From Phenylobacterium sp. (GTDB taxonomy: Bacteria > Pseudomonadota > Alphaproteobacteria > Caulobacterales > Caulobacteraceae), in assembly GCF_030651185.1 (NCBI RefSeq), contig NZ_JAUSCJ010000041.1, positions 93,693-157,692 of the forward strand: a stretch of 64,000 bases of DNA, written 5' to 3'. Both the position numbers and the translations under genes were made by a program. The notes below the pieces were generated by a model. The model was not told the DNA's origin, searched no databases, and saw only the letters and a program-made list of their open reading frames with translations. Below, piece by piece: positions 38,625 through 48,395 of the stretch; position 1 is the stretch's first letter, and each line of letters begins with the position of its first letter.

Positions 38625-39707
38625 ATGCTCACCAAGGCCGATGATTTCCCGATCCACCAGACTCCCGATCCCATCGCCTATTCGGGCACAGACCGGAACT
38701 TCTACGACCGGTACTTCTTCAACGGCTATCAGCCGGACGGGACGGAGTTCTTCGCCGCCGCCTTCGGGGTCTATCCCAACCTCAACGTCGCCGACGCCCA
38801 CTTCGCGGTGGTGCGCGACGGGGTGGAGCACTGCCTGCACGTCAGCCGCGTGCTGAACAGCGAGCGGATGGAGCTCTCCTGCGGGCCCATCACCATCGAG
38901 ATCCTGGAACCCCTGCAGAAGCTGAAGGTGACGGTCACCTCATCGGAGGGCATCGCCGCCGAGCTCGTCTTCGAGGGCCGCACCTTTCCCATCGAGGAGC
39001 CGCGCTTCACCCGCCGCAACGGCCCCCGCGCCTTCATGGACTACACCCGCCTGACCCAGAACGTGCGCTGCAGCGGCTGGATCGAGGTGGACGGCAAGCG
39101 GGTCACCCTGGCGGCCGGCAGCGTCGGGACGCGGGATCGCTCCTGGGGCATCCGGCCGATCGGCGCCCCCGATCCTCAGCCGGCCGTGCCGCAGACCATC
39201 ACCGGCTTCTTCTGGCAGTGGACGCCGCTGAACTTCGCCGACCGCAGCGTCTTCTTCCACGTCAACGCCGACTCCGACGGCACGCCCTGGAACACCCGGG
39301 CGGTGATCCTGCCCGACGGCGCCGGCGAGGGCGGCGGCTATCACAGTGAGCATGCCAAGATCGACGACGTCTCGATGATTCCCGGCACCCGCCACGCCCA
39401 GGGCGGCACCCTCAACATTCCCCTGGCCCAGGGCTCGGCCAGCGTGAAGTTCGAGCCCTTCCTGACCTTCCTGATGCGCGGCATCGGCTATGGCCATCCC
39501 GAGTGGCGGCACGGCGGCTACAAGGGCGACCTGGTGGTGGCCCGCGAGGACATCGATCTGGCCGCCACGAACATGGCCAGCCCCGAGAACTGGCACATCC
39601 AGGCGCTCAGCCGCGTGACCTTCTCGACGCCGGGCGATGAGCCCATCAAGGGCATGGGCGTGTTCGAGCAGCTGATCGCGGGGCCCTACCGCCCGTACGG
39701 ACTTTAG
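38625..39707 (+). CDS. Conserved hypothetical beta-rich protein (possible AttH/tocopherol-cyclase-like barrel)
   Basis: ggagg SD; FYDRYFFNG, GTRDRSWGIRP motifs; fold call tentative. Confidence 0.7.
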   Translation: MLTKADDFPIHQTPDPIAYSGTDRNFYDRYFFNGYQPDGTEFFAAAFGVYPNLNVADAHFAVVRDGVEHCLHVSRVLNSERMELSCGPITIEILEPLQKLKVTVTSSEGIAAELVFEGRTFPIEEPRFTRRNGPRAFMDYTRLTQNVRCSGWIEVDGKRVTLAAGSVGTRDRSWGIRPIGAPDPQPAVPQTITGFFWQWTPLNFADRSVFFHVNADSDGTPWNTRAVILPDGAGEGGGYHSEHAKIDDVSMIPGTRHAQGGTLNIPLAQGSASVKFEPFLTFLMRGIGYGHPEWRHGGYKGDLVVAREDIDLAATNMASPENWHIQALSRVTFSTPGDEPIKGMGVFEQLIAGPYRPYGL

Positions 39708-40381
39708 CGCTGGCAGACCGCCCGGAACCCCGCGGCCGCATAGGCGATCATCCGCGGGGTGACGGCGGCAATGTCCGCGGAGCGGCACAGGCCACCCGAG
39801 AGGGTGTCGATGCGGCCGGTTTCGGCCAGGGTCAGGGTCAGGCTGCCCGACAGCATGTGATAGGACCAGAACAGGTCCTCCTCCCGCGCATAGGGCAGGG
39901 CGCGGCGCACCACCCGGATCAGGCGGTGGATGACGGGGTCGAAGTAGCGGGTCATGGTCTCGCCGCCCCAGACCGGCGTATTGTTGACCACCCCGATCAG
40001 GGCGAAATAGGCGCGCCATTCGGGGCCCGCATTGGCGCAGCGTTCCAGCACCGGGTTGAGGAAGGCCGCCACCGCGCCCTCGACGGTGATGTTGTCGCCG
40101 GCTTCCGCCTCGTAGCGGTCCATGGCCTCCAGGCGATCCTTGTTCAGCACCTCGGCGCGGCGCAGGAAGACCGCGTCGAACAGGCCCTTCTTGGAATCGA
40201 AATAGTAGTGCAGCAGGGCGGTGTCGACCTTGGCCTTCTTGGCCACCGCCCGCAGGGTGACGCCGTCGAAGCCGTGGCGCGAGAACTCGGCCTCGGCCAC
40301 GTCGAGGATCCGCTCGCTGGTTTCGAAGCTCTTCTGGGCCCGGGTCTTGCCGGCGGCCTTGGACTGCAACGCTGTCGCCAT
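39704..40381 (-). CDS. TetR-family regulator
   Basis: ERILDVAEAEF..HGFDGVTLRAVA, LLHYYFDSK. Confidence 0.92.
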   Translation of the reverse strand: MATALQSKAAGKTRAQKSFETSERILDVAEAEFSRHGFDGVTLRAVAKKAKVDTALLHYYFDSKKGLFDAVFLRRAEVLNKDRLEAMDRYEAEAGDNITVEGAVAAFLNPVLERCANAGPEWRAYFALIGVVNNTPVWGGETMTRYFDPVIHRLIRVVRRALPYAREEDLFWSYHMLSGSLTLTLAETGRIDTLSGGLCRSADIAAVTPRMIAYAAAGFRAVCQR

Positions 40382-40479
40382 GTGGCCTTCCCAAACGGTT
40401 CGCGCTTTGAGTATGGCGCGCTGCGCCGAAGTCTCAAAGGTGATCGCCGACCCTGACGGCTCCGGTTCGCAAGTCAATG

Positions 40480-40499
40480 TTCATTCAACGCTGAGTGAT
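40480..40499. promoter_or_regulatory. Candidate TetR operator 1
   Basis: ttcattcaacgctgagtgat imperfect palindrome directly before TTGACT. Confidence 0.6.
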
Positions 40500-40549
40500 T
40501 GACTTGAGAGGCGGACGGGGGTGCTGTTCCCGGACATCAGGAGCCCGCC

Positions 40550-41428
40550 ATGACCGACCCCGCGATGAGAACCTGGACCACCGCCGATGGTCTGACCCTG
40601 TCGGCGCGCGACTATGCGGCGGCCGACGGCCCGGCGCGGACGCCGGTGGTCTGCCTGCACGGCCTGACCCGCAATTCCCGTGACTTCGAGGTGGTGGCGC
40701 CGCGGATCGCCGCCTGCGGCCGACGCGTCCTGGCCCTGGACGTGCGGGGCCGCGGCCGTTCGGCCTGGGACCCCAGTCCCCTGAACTACAACCCCGCCGT
40801 CTATGCCGGAGACGTCATCGCCCTGCTGCAACAGAGCGGGATTGCCCGCGCCCACTTCGTCGGCACCTCCATGGGCGGCCTGATCACGCTGACCCTCTCG
40901 GCCATGCGTCCGGACCTGATCGCCGGGGTGGTGCTGAATGATGTCGGGCCGGAGGTCGGCGCGGCGGGCCTGGCGCGGATCGCCGGCTATGTCGGCGGCG
41001 CGCCCCAGGTGGCGAGCTGGTCGGAGGCCGCCGCCTACGCCAGGTCCGTCAACGGCGAGGCCCTGCCCGGCCTGACCGAAGCCGACTGGGAGCGCTTCGC
41101 CCGCCGGGTGTTCCGGGAAACCGACAAGGGGCTGGCCCTCGACTACGACCCGGCCATCTCCGAGGTCTTCAAGGTCGCCCCCACCGCCGCGCCCGCCGCG
41201 ACGGGCCCCGACCTCTGGCCGCTGTTCGTCGCCATGGCGACGGGCAAGCCCCTGCTGCTGGTGCGGGGGGGCCAGTCCGACATCCTGGAGGCCGCCGTCG
41301 CCGACCGCATGGCCGCGCTGCTGCCGCACATGCTCCGGGTCGACATCCCCGGCGTCGGTCACGCCCCGACCCTGGAGGAGCCCCAGGCCCTGGCCGCCCT
41401 CGACGCCTATTTCGCCGCCGCGGCCTGA
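40550..41428 (+). CDS. Alpha/beta hydrolase
   Basis: CLHGLTRN, GTSMGG, GHAPTL. Confidence 0.92.
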   Translation: MTDPAMRTWTTADGLTLSARDYAAADGPARTPVVCLHGLTRNSRDFEVVAPRIAACGRRVLALDVRGRGRSAWDPSPLNYNPAVYAGDVIALLQQSGIARAHFVGTSMGGLITLTLSAMRPDLIAGVVLNDVGPEVGAAGLARIAGYVGGAPQVASWSEAAAYARSVNGEALPGLTEADWERFARRVFRETDKGLALDYDPAISEVFKVAPTAAPAATGPDLWPLFVAMATGKPLLLVRGGQSDILEAAVADRMAALLPHMLRVDIPGVGHAPTLEEPQALAALDAYFAAAA

Positions 41429-41485
41429 CGCGCGGGTCAGCTTCTGTGGCGCGCTTGCATCGGTCGAAAAGTGTCTGGTCGGAAA

Positions 41486-41505
41486 TTCACTCCACGATGA
41501 ATGAA
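41486..41505. promoter_or_regulatory. Candidate TetR operator 2
   Basis: ttcactccacgatgaatgaa, 15 of 20 identical to operator 1, just before TTGACG. Confidence 0.6.
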
Positions 41506-41581
41506 TAATTGACGCCCCTCGGGAGCGGGGCCACGGTCACGCTCAAATGAGGCGTCCGTCCGGGCGCCATGGGAGGGACAT

Positions 41582-43822
41582 ATGCAATCCAATTGGAAGC
41601 TCGCGCTCGCCGCGAGCGCGGCCTGGAGCGTTATCGCCGGCCAGGGCTACGCCCAAACCACCCCCGGTACGGTCGAGGAGCTGGTGGTCACCGCCCGCCG
41701 CGTCGAGGAAAATCTGCAGACCACGCCGGTCGCCATTTCGGCCTTCTCGAGCGAGACCCTGCAACGCCAGGGCGCGACGGCGATCACCGACCTGCAAGGC
41801 GCCGTGCCGAACCTGAACCTGGTCCAGGGCCGCGCCTCGTCGAACTCCACCAACATCTACATCCGCGGCATCGGCCAGCCCGACGCCCTGCAGACCTTCG
41901 ACCCCGCGGTCGGCGTCTACGTGGATGACGTCTATTACAGCCGCATCCGGGGCACCCAGTTCGACCTCCTGGACCTTGCCCGTGTCGAAGTGCTGCGCGG
42001 CCCCCAGGGCACGCTCTACGGCAAGAACACCATCGGCGGCGCCCTGAAGCTGGTGAGCCGCCAGCCTGACCAGACCGTCCGCTCGCAGAGCTCGGTGAGC
42101 GTCGGCAGCTACGACCTGTTCGAAGCCAAGATCGCCCTGTCGGGTCCCGTCAGCGACACCCTGGCCCTCGGCTTCGCGGCCATGGGTTCGAGCCGGGGCG
42201 GCTACGTCACCGATCCGGTGAACGGCGCCGAGTACAACGACAAGCACACCTTCTCCAGCCGCGTGGCCCTGGCCTGGACGCCCAATGACCGGCTGAGCGT
42301 CAACGCCTCGGCCGACTACACCAAGGACAAGTCCGGCCTCAGCGTCGGCCAGGCCCAGAACAGCCTCACCTCGGCCTTCGGTCCGGTGCTCTATCCCGTC
42401 CCGCTGGCGATCCCGGAATACAACTTCAGCACCACCACGACGCCGGGCCTGCCCAACGAGACCCGGTTCGAGCACTGGGGCGCAGCCGTCACCGTCGGCT
42501 ACGACCTGACCGACACCCTGTCGCTGAAGTCGATCACCGCCTACCGCAACCTCGACAGCGACGACTACATCGACTTCGACGCCACCGCCCTGCAGCTGAC
42601 CGACGCCCTGGTGGCGGTGGACCAGGACCAGGTGAGCGAGGAGCTGCAACTGGCCTATAACGAGGGCCCCTGGCAGGTGATCGGCGGGCTCTACTATCTG
42701 AAGGAAACGGTGAAATCGCACCAGGCCGCCTTCGCCAACGCCTACACCGCGCCCTTCAGCTTCCTGCGCACCGTGGACGACGACCTGAAGACCACCAGCT
42801 GGGCCGCCTACGCCAACGCCAGCTACGCGCTGACCGAGCAGCTACGGCTGTCGGCCGGTGTCCGCTACACCAACGAAGAGAAGAAATACGCCCGCACCAC
42901 CTCGACCTTCTCGAACCTGGGCGCGCTGAACGGGACCTTCGCCTTCAAGGCCGAAGAAACCTGGGACGACGTCTCGCCGATGGTCAGCCTGGACTATCAG
43001 GCCTCGGACGATGTCTTCTTCTACGGTCGCATTTCCAAGGGCTTCAAGTCGGGCGGCTTCAACGGCCGCGCCAACGCGCCGGGCGAAGAGCAGCCCTATG
43101 CGCCTGAGACCGCGCTCTCCTACGAGGCCGGCGTGAAGACCGAGCTGTTCGACAACCGCGCCCGGGCCAACTTCACGGTCTTCTACAACGACTACCAGGA
43201 CTTCCAGGCCCGCGTCGGCCACTCGGTCACCTCGCCGACCCAGCCGATCCCGGCCATCGACTTCACCGTGCTGAACGCCGGCCAGCTGAAGATCTACGGG
43301 GCTGAACTGGAACTGGCGGCCAATCCCATCCAAGGCCTCAGCCTGAACGCCGAGGTGGGCTACCTGAACGCCGAGTACGGAGAGTTCTCCGAACAGCGCG
43401 CCGCCGTGGCCCCGGCCACCGGCTTCACCAACCTGGACCGTTCCTGGCAGACCCCGGCCTTCTCGCCGGAATGGACCGGCCGAGTCGCCGGCCGCTACGA
43501 GTGGGACCTGGGGGACACCGGCTTCGTCAGCGTCGGCGCCCAGGCCCGATACCGTTCGGAGATGGCGCTGGCCATCGACAACGCCAACCTGGTCACCCGC
43601 GCCCGCTTCCCCGGCATCTTCCAGCCGAGCTACTGGCTCTATGACGCGCAGATCGTCTGGGAGAGCTCGCAGCGGCATGTCTCGGCCGGGATCTACGGCA
43701 AGAACCTCGCCGACGAGGTCTACAAGACCGACGCCCAGGAGTTCTCCTCGGTGGGCGGCATCCGCACGGCCTATTTCGGCGCCCCGCGCACCGTGATGGC
43801 CACGGTGACCCTGAAGTACTAG
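41582..43822 (+). CDS. TonB-dependent receptor
   Basis: Signal peptide, EELVVTARR TonB box, RVEVLRGPQGTLYGKNT plug, terminal aromatic residue. Confidence 0.95.
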   Translation: MQSNWKLALAASAAWSVIAGQGYAQTTPGTVEELVVTARRVEENLQTTPVAISAFSSETLQRQGATAITDLQGAVPNLNLVQGRASSNSTNIYIRGIGQPDALQTFDPAVGVYVDDVYYSRIRGTQFDLLDLARVEVLRGPQGTLYGKNTIGGALKLVSRQPDQTVRSQSSVSVGSYDLFEAKIALSGPVSDTLALGFAAMGSSRGGYVTDPVNGAEYNDKHTFSSRVALAWTPNDRLSVNASADYTKDKSGLSVGQAQNSLTSAFGPVLYPVPLAIPEYNFSTTTTPGLPNETRFEHWGAAVTVGYDLTDTLSLKSITAYRNLDSDDYIDFDATALQLTDALVAVDQDQVSEELQLAYNEGPWQVIGGLYYLKETVKSHQAAFANAYTAPFSFLRTVDDDLKTTSWAAYANASYALTEQLRLSAGVRYTNEEKKYARTTSTFSNLGALNGTFAFKAEETWDDVSPMVSLDYQASDDVFFYGRISKGFKSGGFNGRANAPGEEQPYAPETALSYEAGVKTELFDNRARANFTVFYNDYQDFQARVGHSVTSPTQPIPAIDFTVLNAGQLKIYGAELELAANPIQGLSLNAEVGYLNAEYGEFSEQRAAVAPATGFTNLDRSWQTPAFSPEWTGRVAGRYEWDLGDTGFVSVGAQARYRSEMALAIDNANLVTRARFPGIFQPSYWLYDAQIVWESSQRHVSAGIYGKNLADEVYKTDAQEFSSVGGIRTAYFGAPRTVMATVTLKY

Positions 43823-43838
43823 GCGCCTCTTGAAACGG

Positions 43839-43869
43839 AAAAGGCCCGGGTGATCCCCGGGCCTTTTTT
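43839..43869. terminator. Bidirectional terminator between TBDR and globin
   Basis: aaaaggcccggg ... ccccgggcctttttt. Confidence 0.85.
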
Positions 43870-43887
43870 GTGTCTGGAGACGCGGCT

Positions 43888-44370
43888 CTAGCGGGTGACG
43901 ACGTCGCGCTTCATCGGGGCCAGCTTGGCCAGCAGCTGGTTCTGGTACCGGTAGGCGACGCCTTCCTTGTCCATGGCCAGCTGCAGGTGTTCGACCAGGA
44001 TGTTGAACTCAGCGGTGTTGATCCCCTGGTCCTTGTGGGTCGTCTTCATGTCGCGGCCGGTATAGGCCACCGGCGCCCCTAGCAGGTAGACCACCTGTTC
44101 CTTCAGAGTCCGGCGCAGGCGCTCCATGTCGGTGGCGTGGAAGATCTCCCGCAACTTCGGATCTGCGACACTGCGGTCGAGGGTGTCGTCAACGATGCGG
44201 GCCACGCCGTCTCGGCCATGGAAAGCCGCCAGCATCTGATCGCCGGTGAACGGGATCGCCCCGGCGTTGGCGCTGGACTGGGTATAGGGATCGACCGGCT
44301 TTTCCTCGGCGACGGCCGGAGCGGCCACAGCCAGGGCTGTGGCGAAGATCAGGGTGCGGAGGTTCGACAT
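43888..44370 (-). CDS. Group I truncated haemoglobin with N-terminal signal peptide
   Basis: G..GV.RIVD, DP....F, YTGRDM..TH, EFN.LVE.L..AM; AVA-E signal peptidase site. Confidence 0.85.
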   Translation of the reverse strand: MSNLRTLIFATALAVAAPAVAEEKPVDPYTQSSANAGAIPFTGDQMLAAFHGRDGVARIVDDTLDRSVADPKLREIFHATDMERLRRTLKEQVVYLLGAPVAYTGRDMKTTHKDQGINTAEFNILVEHLQLAMDKEGVAYRYQNQLLAKLAPMKRDVVTR

Positions 44371-45248
44371 CAGAAGCCTGCCTGGATCGAGAGGTAGAGA
44401 CCGCGCTGGTCCTTGAAGGTGGCGATGGTCCCGAGGTCCGCATAGGCTGCGGTGACCGAGAGGTTCTTGTTGAAGGCGTAGGCGGCGAACACATCGACCC
44501 AGTCGTCCTCCTTCAGCCCCACCAGATTGTCGGGCTTGGAGCGGTATTCCGCGCCGATCAGCAGACGCTTGGAGACCAGGTAGCCGGCCGAACCCTCGAA
44601 CTGGATCTGGTAGTCATCGTTCTTGCCGCCGCCGAAACCCAGCAGGCCGGTCTGGTTGGCCTTGGTGGCGCGCAGGGCGCCGCTCATCACCAGGCTCTGG
44701 TTCAGCAGCACCTTGGTGGCCGCCACATAGTAGTCGACGCCCGAGTCATCCTTGCCGCCGAGGGCCTTGATGAGGGTGTCCCTGTCATTCTTCTTCCACT
44801 GGACGCCCACGGCGACCTGAGGGACCCAGCTGTCCTGGGCGTAGACGGCGTCCCCCAGGACGCGGACCTTCGCGCCCACGACATCCTGGTTGAAGGTGAA
44901 GCCCTGGCCCAGGCCCAGCTTGGCGCCCGTCTCGCCGGTGTCGAAGGCCTGGCGAGTGTAGGAGACCTCGACCCGGTCGTGGAAGCCCACCGACACGCCG
45001 CCGGCGCGGAACTGGTAGTCTGGCAGCTCCACCAAGGTGGCGTGGGCGTTGGCGCCCCACTCGTCACGGGTTCCGTAGCCGGTAATCGTCGCCCAACTGG
45101 CCAGGCCGCCGCCGCCCGCGCCCTCGACGCTGGTGACGCCGCCGGTCAGCAGCAGCTTGCCGCTGGTTTCCATGTCGCTGGCCTCGGCGAGGCTTCCCGC
45201 CATCGCCAGGCCCAGGGCGAGCGAAATCACGCCCGATTTGCTTGTCAT
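44370..45248 (-). CDS. DUF3034-like outer-membrane beta-barrel protein
   Basis: GKLLLTGGV..VEG..GGGL..WATI, KANQTGLLGFGG, EYRSKPDNL, terminal F; TGATG coupling to globin. Confidence 0.8.
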   Translation of the reverse strand: MTSKSGVISLALGLAMAGSLAEASDMETSGKLLLTGGVTSVEGAGGGGLASWATITGYGTRDEWGANAHATLVELPDYQFRAGGVSVGFHDRVEVSYTRQAFDTGETGAKLGLGQGFTFNQDVVGAKVRVLGDAVYAQDSWVPQVAVGVQWKKNDRDTLIKALGGKDDSGVDYYVAATKVLLNQSLVMSGALRATKANQTGLLGFGGGKNDDYQIQFEGSAGYLVSKRLLIGAEYRSKPDNLVGLKEDDWVDVFAAYAFNKNLSVTAAYADLGTIATFKDQRGLYLSIQAGF

Positions 45249-45398
45249 GATTTCCGCTCCCCTCGCGCCCGGACATCCGCCGGGACCCGCCGAACCTGTT
45301 ACGGAAGGCATGCCTCACAGCCCTTTAAGGAAGGTTCACCGGCGGCGAACCGGCGCGACGTTAACCTCGCGGCGACCGGCGCGGGGCGATGGTGGGCC

Positions 45399-46034
45399 AT
45401 GCGCGCACTCATCCTGGCGGCCCTGGCGGCCCTGACGCTCTCCCCCCAGGCCCTGGCCGGAGACCTCTCCGTGGTGGTCCGCAATGTGCACGGACAACCG
45501 GTGAAAGACGCCGTGGTCACCCTGAGGCCAGCCTCCGGAGCGGCGGCCGCCGCGCCCATCAAGTTCACCTGGCCCTATTCGGTGGCCCAGCAGAACATCA
45601 GCTTCAATCCCTTCGTGCTGATCGTGCCGGTGGGCAGCAACGTGACCTTCCCCAACAAGGACAATGTCCGCCACCACGTCTATTCGTTCTCGCCTGCCAA
45701 GAAGTTCGAACTGAAACTGTACGGCCGCGACGAGAGCCGCAGCGTGGTGTTCGACAAGGCCGGCGTCGTGGCCCTGGGCTGCAACATCCACGACCAGATG
45801 ATCGCCTACGTGGTGGTGGTGGACACCCCCTACGCGGCCAAGACCGGCGCCGACGGGATCGCCCTGATCCGCAACGCGCCCGGCGGCAGCGCCGCCATGA
45901 CCGTCTGGCAGCCCTATATGAAGACCGCCAGGAACCAGGTCGCAAAGACCATCGCCGTCCCCGCCGCCGGCGGCCGCCAGGAGGTCAGCGTCGACCTGCG
46001 TCCCGCGCCGGGCGCGATGAACATGATCCACTAG
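45399..46034 (+). CDS. Periplasmic cupredoxin-like ('methylamine utilisation protein'-type) protein
   Basis: Signal peptide; FPNKDNVRHHVYSFS, LGCNIHDQM type-1 copper-like ligands. Confidence 0.82.
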   Translation: MRALILAALAALTLSPQALAGDLSVVVRNVHGQPVKDAVVTLRPASGAAAAAPIKFTWPYSVAQQNISFNPFVLIVPVGSNVTFPNKDNVRHHVYSFSPAKKFELKLYGRDESRSVVFDKAGVVALGCNIHDQMIAYVVVVDTPYAAKTGADGIALIRNAPGGSAAMTVWQPYMKTARNQVAKTIAVPAAGGRQEVSVDLRPAPGAMNMIH

Positions 46035-46042
46035 ACGGGCGT

Positions 46043-48394
46043 TCAGCCGAACCTGCGCTTCCGCTCTTCATCGTCGCGCATGAACACCAACAGCTCATGG
46101 AGCGGCTGGGGCTTGGCGATCAGGTAGCCCTGGATGGCGTCGCAGCCCATGGCCGCCAGCATCTGGAAGGCGTCGGGCTTCTCCACCCCCTCAGCGGTGA
46201 CCTTCAGCCCCAGGCTATGGGCCAGGTCGATGGTGGAGCGCACGATCAGGGCGTCCCGCTGGCTCTCGGTGACATCCATGATCAGCGAGCGGTCGATCTT
46301 CAGTTCGTGCCCGCGGATCTGCTTCAGATAGGCCAGGGACGAGAGGCCGGTGCCGAAGTCGTCGATGGAGATCAGGACGCCTGCGGCGCGGAACCTGTCG
46401 AGCACCTGCAGGGCGACTTCGGGGTTCTCGATCACCGCCGTCTCGGTGATCTCGAAGCACAGCTTGCCCACCGCCTGGGGCGCCATGCGGTCCACCAGAT
46501 CGGCGAAGTCGAGGTCCCCCAGCAGACGGCCCGAGATATTCACCGACATCTCGACGACATGGCCATGCTGAGCCAGCTTGGCCTGGTCCTCGATGGCCTG
46601 GCGCAGGACCCAGTCGGTGAGGGTGCGGATATGGCCGGTCTCCTCGGCCATGGGAATGAACAGGTCCGGTCGCAGCAGGCCCCGGGTCGGATGTCGCCAG
46701 CGGACCAGGCCCTCGACCGCGTTCACGGTCCGCGCGCGCAGGTCGAACTTCGGCTGGTGAAAAAGCTCGATATGGCCCGAGCGGATGGCCCAGAGCATGC
46801 CGCTCATCAGGGCCAGGTTCGAGGACGGGTCGCCATAGGCCTCGGCGTCGAAGAAGGCGATCTTGCACCGCGCGGCGCGGGCCTGATCGAAGCCGATATT
46901 GGCCCGCTCGATGGTCGCGCCGGGTGCGTCAGTGGCCAGGACGGGGGCCAGGCCGACCGTCAGGGCCACGTCGATGGCGTCGCCGCCGATATGCAGGGGC
47001 TGCTCAAGATCTCCCAGCAGGTGCAGCATCAGGGCCTCGGCCGCCGCCTCGCTGCCGGCCTCGAAGGCGAGCGCCAGGACATCGGTGGAGAGCCTGGCCA
47101 CCAGACCGCGCGGCTGCAGGCCGGCCAGCCGCTCGCCGACCTCGCGGATCACCTGGGCGGCGGGCGCATAGCCGATCGCGCCGCGCACATGGGCGAAGCG
47201 GTCGACACCCAGGACGGCGACGAACAGCCCCTCGTCCCCGGGCGCGCGCAGGATATCCAGTCCCTTCTCCAGGGCCAGGCGGTTGGGCAGTCCCGTCTCG
47301 GGGTCATGGTGCGCCAGGTGAGTGATCCGCCGCTCGCGCTCGCGGATCTCGGTGGCCATGATGTTGAAGCTCTCGGCCAGGCGGCCGATCTCGTCCTGGC
47401 TCTCCACCGGCACGTGAGCGTCCTCGCCCCGTTGCAGCCGCCGCGCGCCCTCGTCCAGGGCCGAGATCGGGCGGGTGACGCTCTTGGCCAGGGTCCAGCT
47501 GCCATAGATCACCAGCAGCAGGCCCAGCAGGCCGGACCCGGCGATGATCGCCAGCAGCGGGCGGTACGGACCAAAGGCCCGAGACACCGGATAGCTCAGC
47601 ACCAGATCGGCGGTCTCGCCCGCCGTCAGCACCGGCAGGGGTTTGACGAGCGCGATGGCCTTGCCGGCCGAGGTGTTCAGGGTGCGCGGCGCGGTGATCC
47701 TGGCGGCCACGGCCTTCTCGATGAAGGCCGCCAAGCTGGCCATGTCGGCCTGGCTTATCGTCTCGCTGGAGACCCAACCGTCCTTGGTCCGGTGCGCGAC
47801 GCTGGCGTCCAGCGGGATGGCGGCCAGCCGCTCCAGGGCCGACATCTCGGTCTGATCCAGGCGGGCGGCGAACACCACCCAGCCGATCAGGTCGGGCGAC
47901 ATCACCGGGGCGGCGATCATCTGGTAGGGCATGCCGTCGAGCACGAAGATACCCGAGGGCGCCTCGGACTCGTACATCGCCGCCACCAGATCATCGGCCC
48001 GCAGGGTCAGCCGGCTGCTGTCGGCGGCCGTCACCTGGCCGTCCACGCCCACGATGAAGGCCAGGTCGATCCGCAGTCGGGCGCGCAGGTTCTCCATGGC
48101 CGAAACGATGGTGGCCTGGTCCCGTGTCGCCACCGCCTCGCGGAAGCCGAAATCGCGGCTCAGCAGGGCCGCGCCCTGGCGCAGCTGCTCCGAACGCAGC
48201 GACCAGACGCGGTCGAATACCGTGCCCGAGGCGGTAAGCTCACCGCGCACCTGTCGCTGGGCCGCGCTGGAGATGGCCGAGAACACCGCCACCGAGATCA
48301 GGATCAGGGTCACCCCAAACAGCGCCGCGTAGAGCAGGGTCAGCTTGGTGCGCAGGAACTTGAACATCGCCAGACGGCGCAGCACGAACTCCAC
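46043..48394 (-). CDS. Membrane sensor with HAMP, degenerate GGDEF and EAL domains (c-di-GMP phosphodiesterase)
   Basis: Two TM segments, QDEIGRLAESFN HAMP, RLSTD in place of GGDEF, EGL, EITE, DDFGTG, KIDRS, EGVE, QGY. Confidence 0.92.
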   Translation of the reverse strand: MEFVLRRLAMFKFLRTKLTLLYAALFGVTLILISVAVFSAISSAAQRQVRGELTASGTVFDRVWSLRSEQLRQGAALLSRDFGFREAVATRDQATIVSAMENLRARLRIDLAFIVGVDGQVTAADSSRLTLRADDLVAAMYESEAPSGIFVLDGMPYQMIAAPVMSPDLIGWVVFAARLDQTEMSALERLAAIPLDASVAHRTKDGWVSSETISQADMASLAAFIEKAVAARITAPRTLNTSAGKAIALVKPLPVLTAGETADLVLSYPVSRAFGPYRPLLAIIAGSGLLGLLLVIYGSWTLAKSVTRPISALDEGARRLQRGEDAHVPVESQDEIGRLAESFNIMATEIRERERRITHLAHHDPETGLPNRLALEKGLDILRAPGDEGLFVAVLGVDRFAHVRGAIGYAPAAQVIREVGERLAGLQPRGLVARLSTDVLALAFEAGSEAAAEALMLHLLGDLEQPLHIGGDAIDVALTVGLAPVLATDAPGATIERANIGFDQARAARCKIAFFDAEAYGDPSSNLALMSGMLWAIRSGHIELFHQPKFDLRARTVNAVEGLVRWRHPTRGLLRPDLFIPMAEETGHIRTLTDWVLRQAIEDQAKLAQHGHVVEMSVNISGRLLGDLDFADLVDRMAPQAVGKLCFEITETAVIENPEVALQVLDRFRAAGVLISIDDFGTGLSSLAYLKQIRGHELKIDRSLIMDVTESQRDALIVRSTIDLAHSLGLKVTAEGVEKPDAFQMLAAMGCDAIQGYLIAKPQPLHELLVFMRDDEERKRRFG

Positions 48395-48395
48395 G

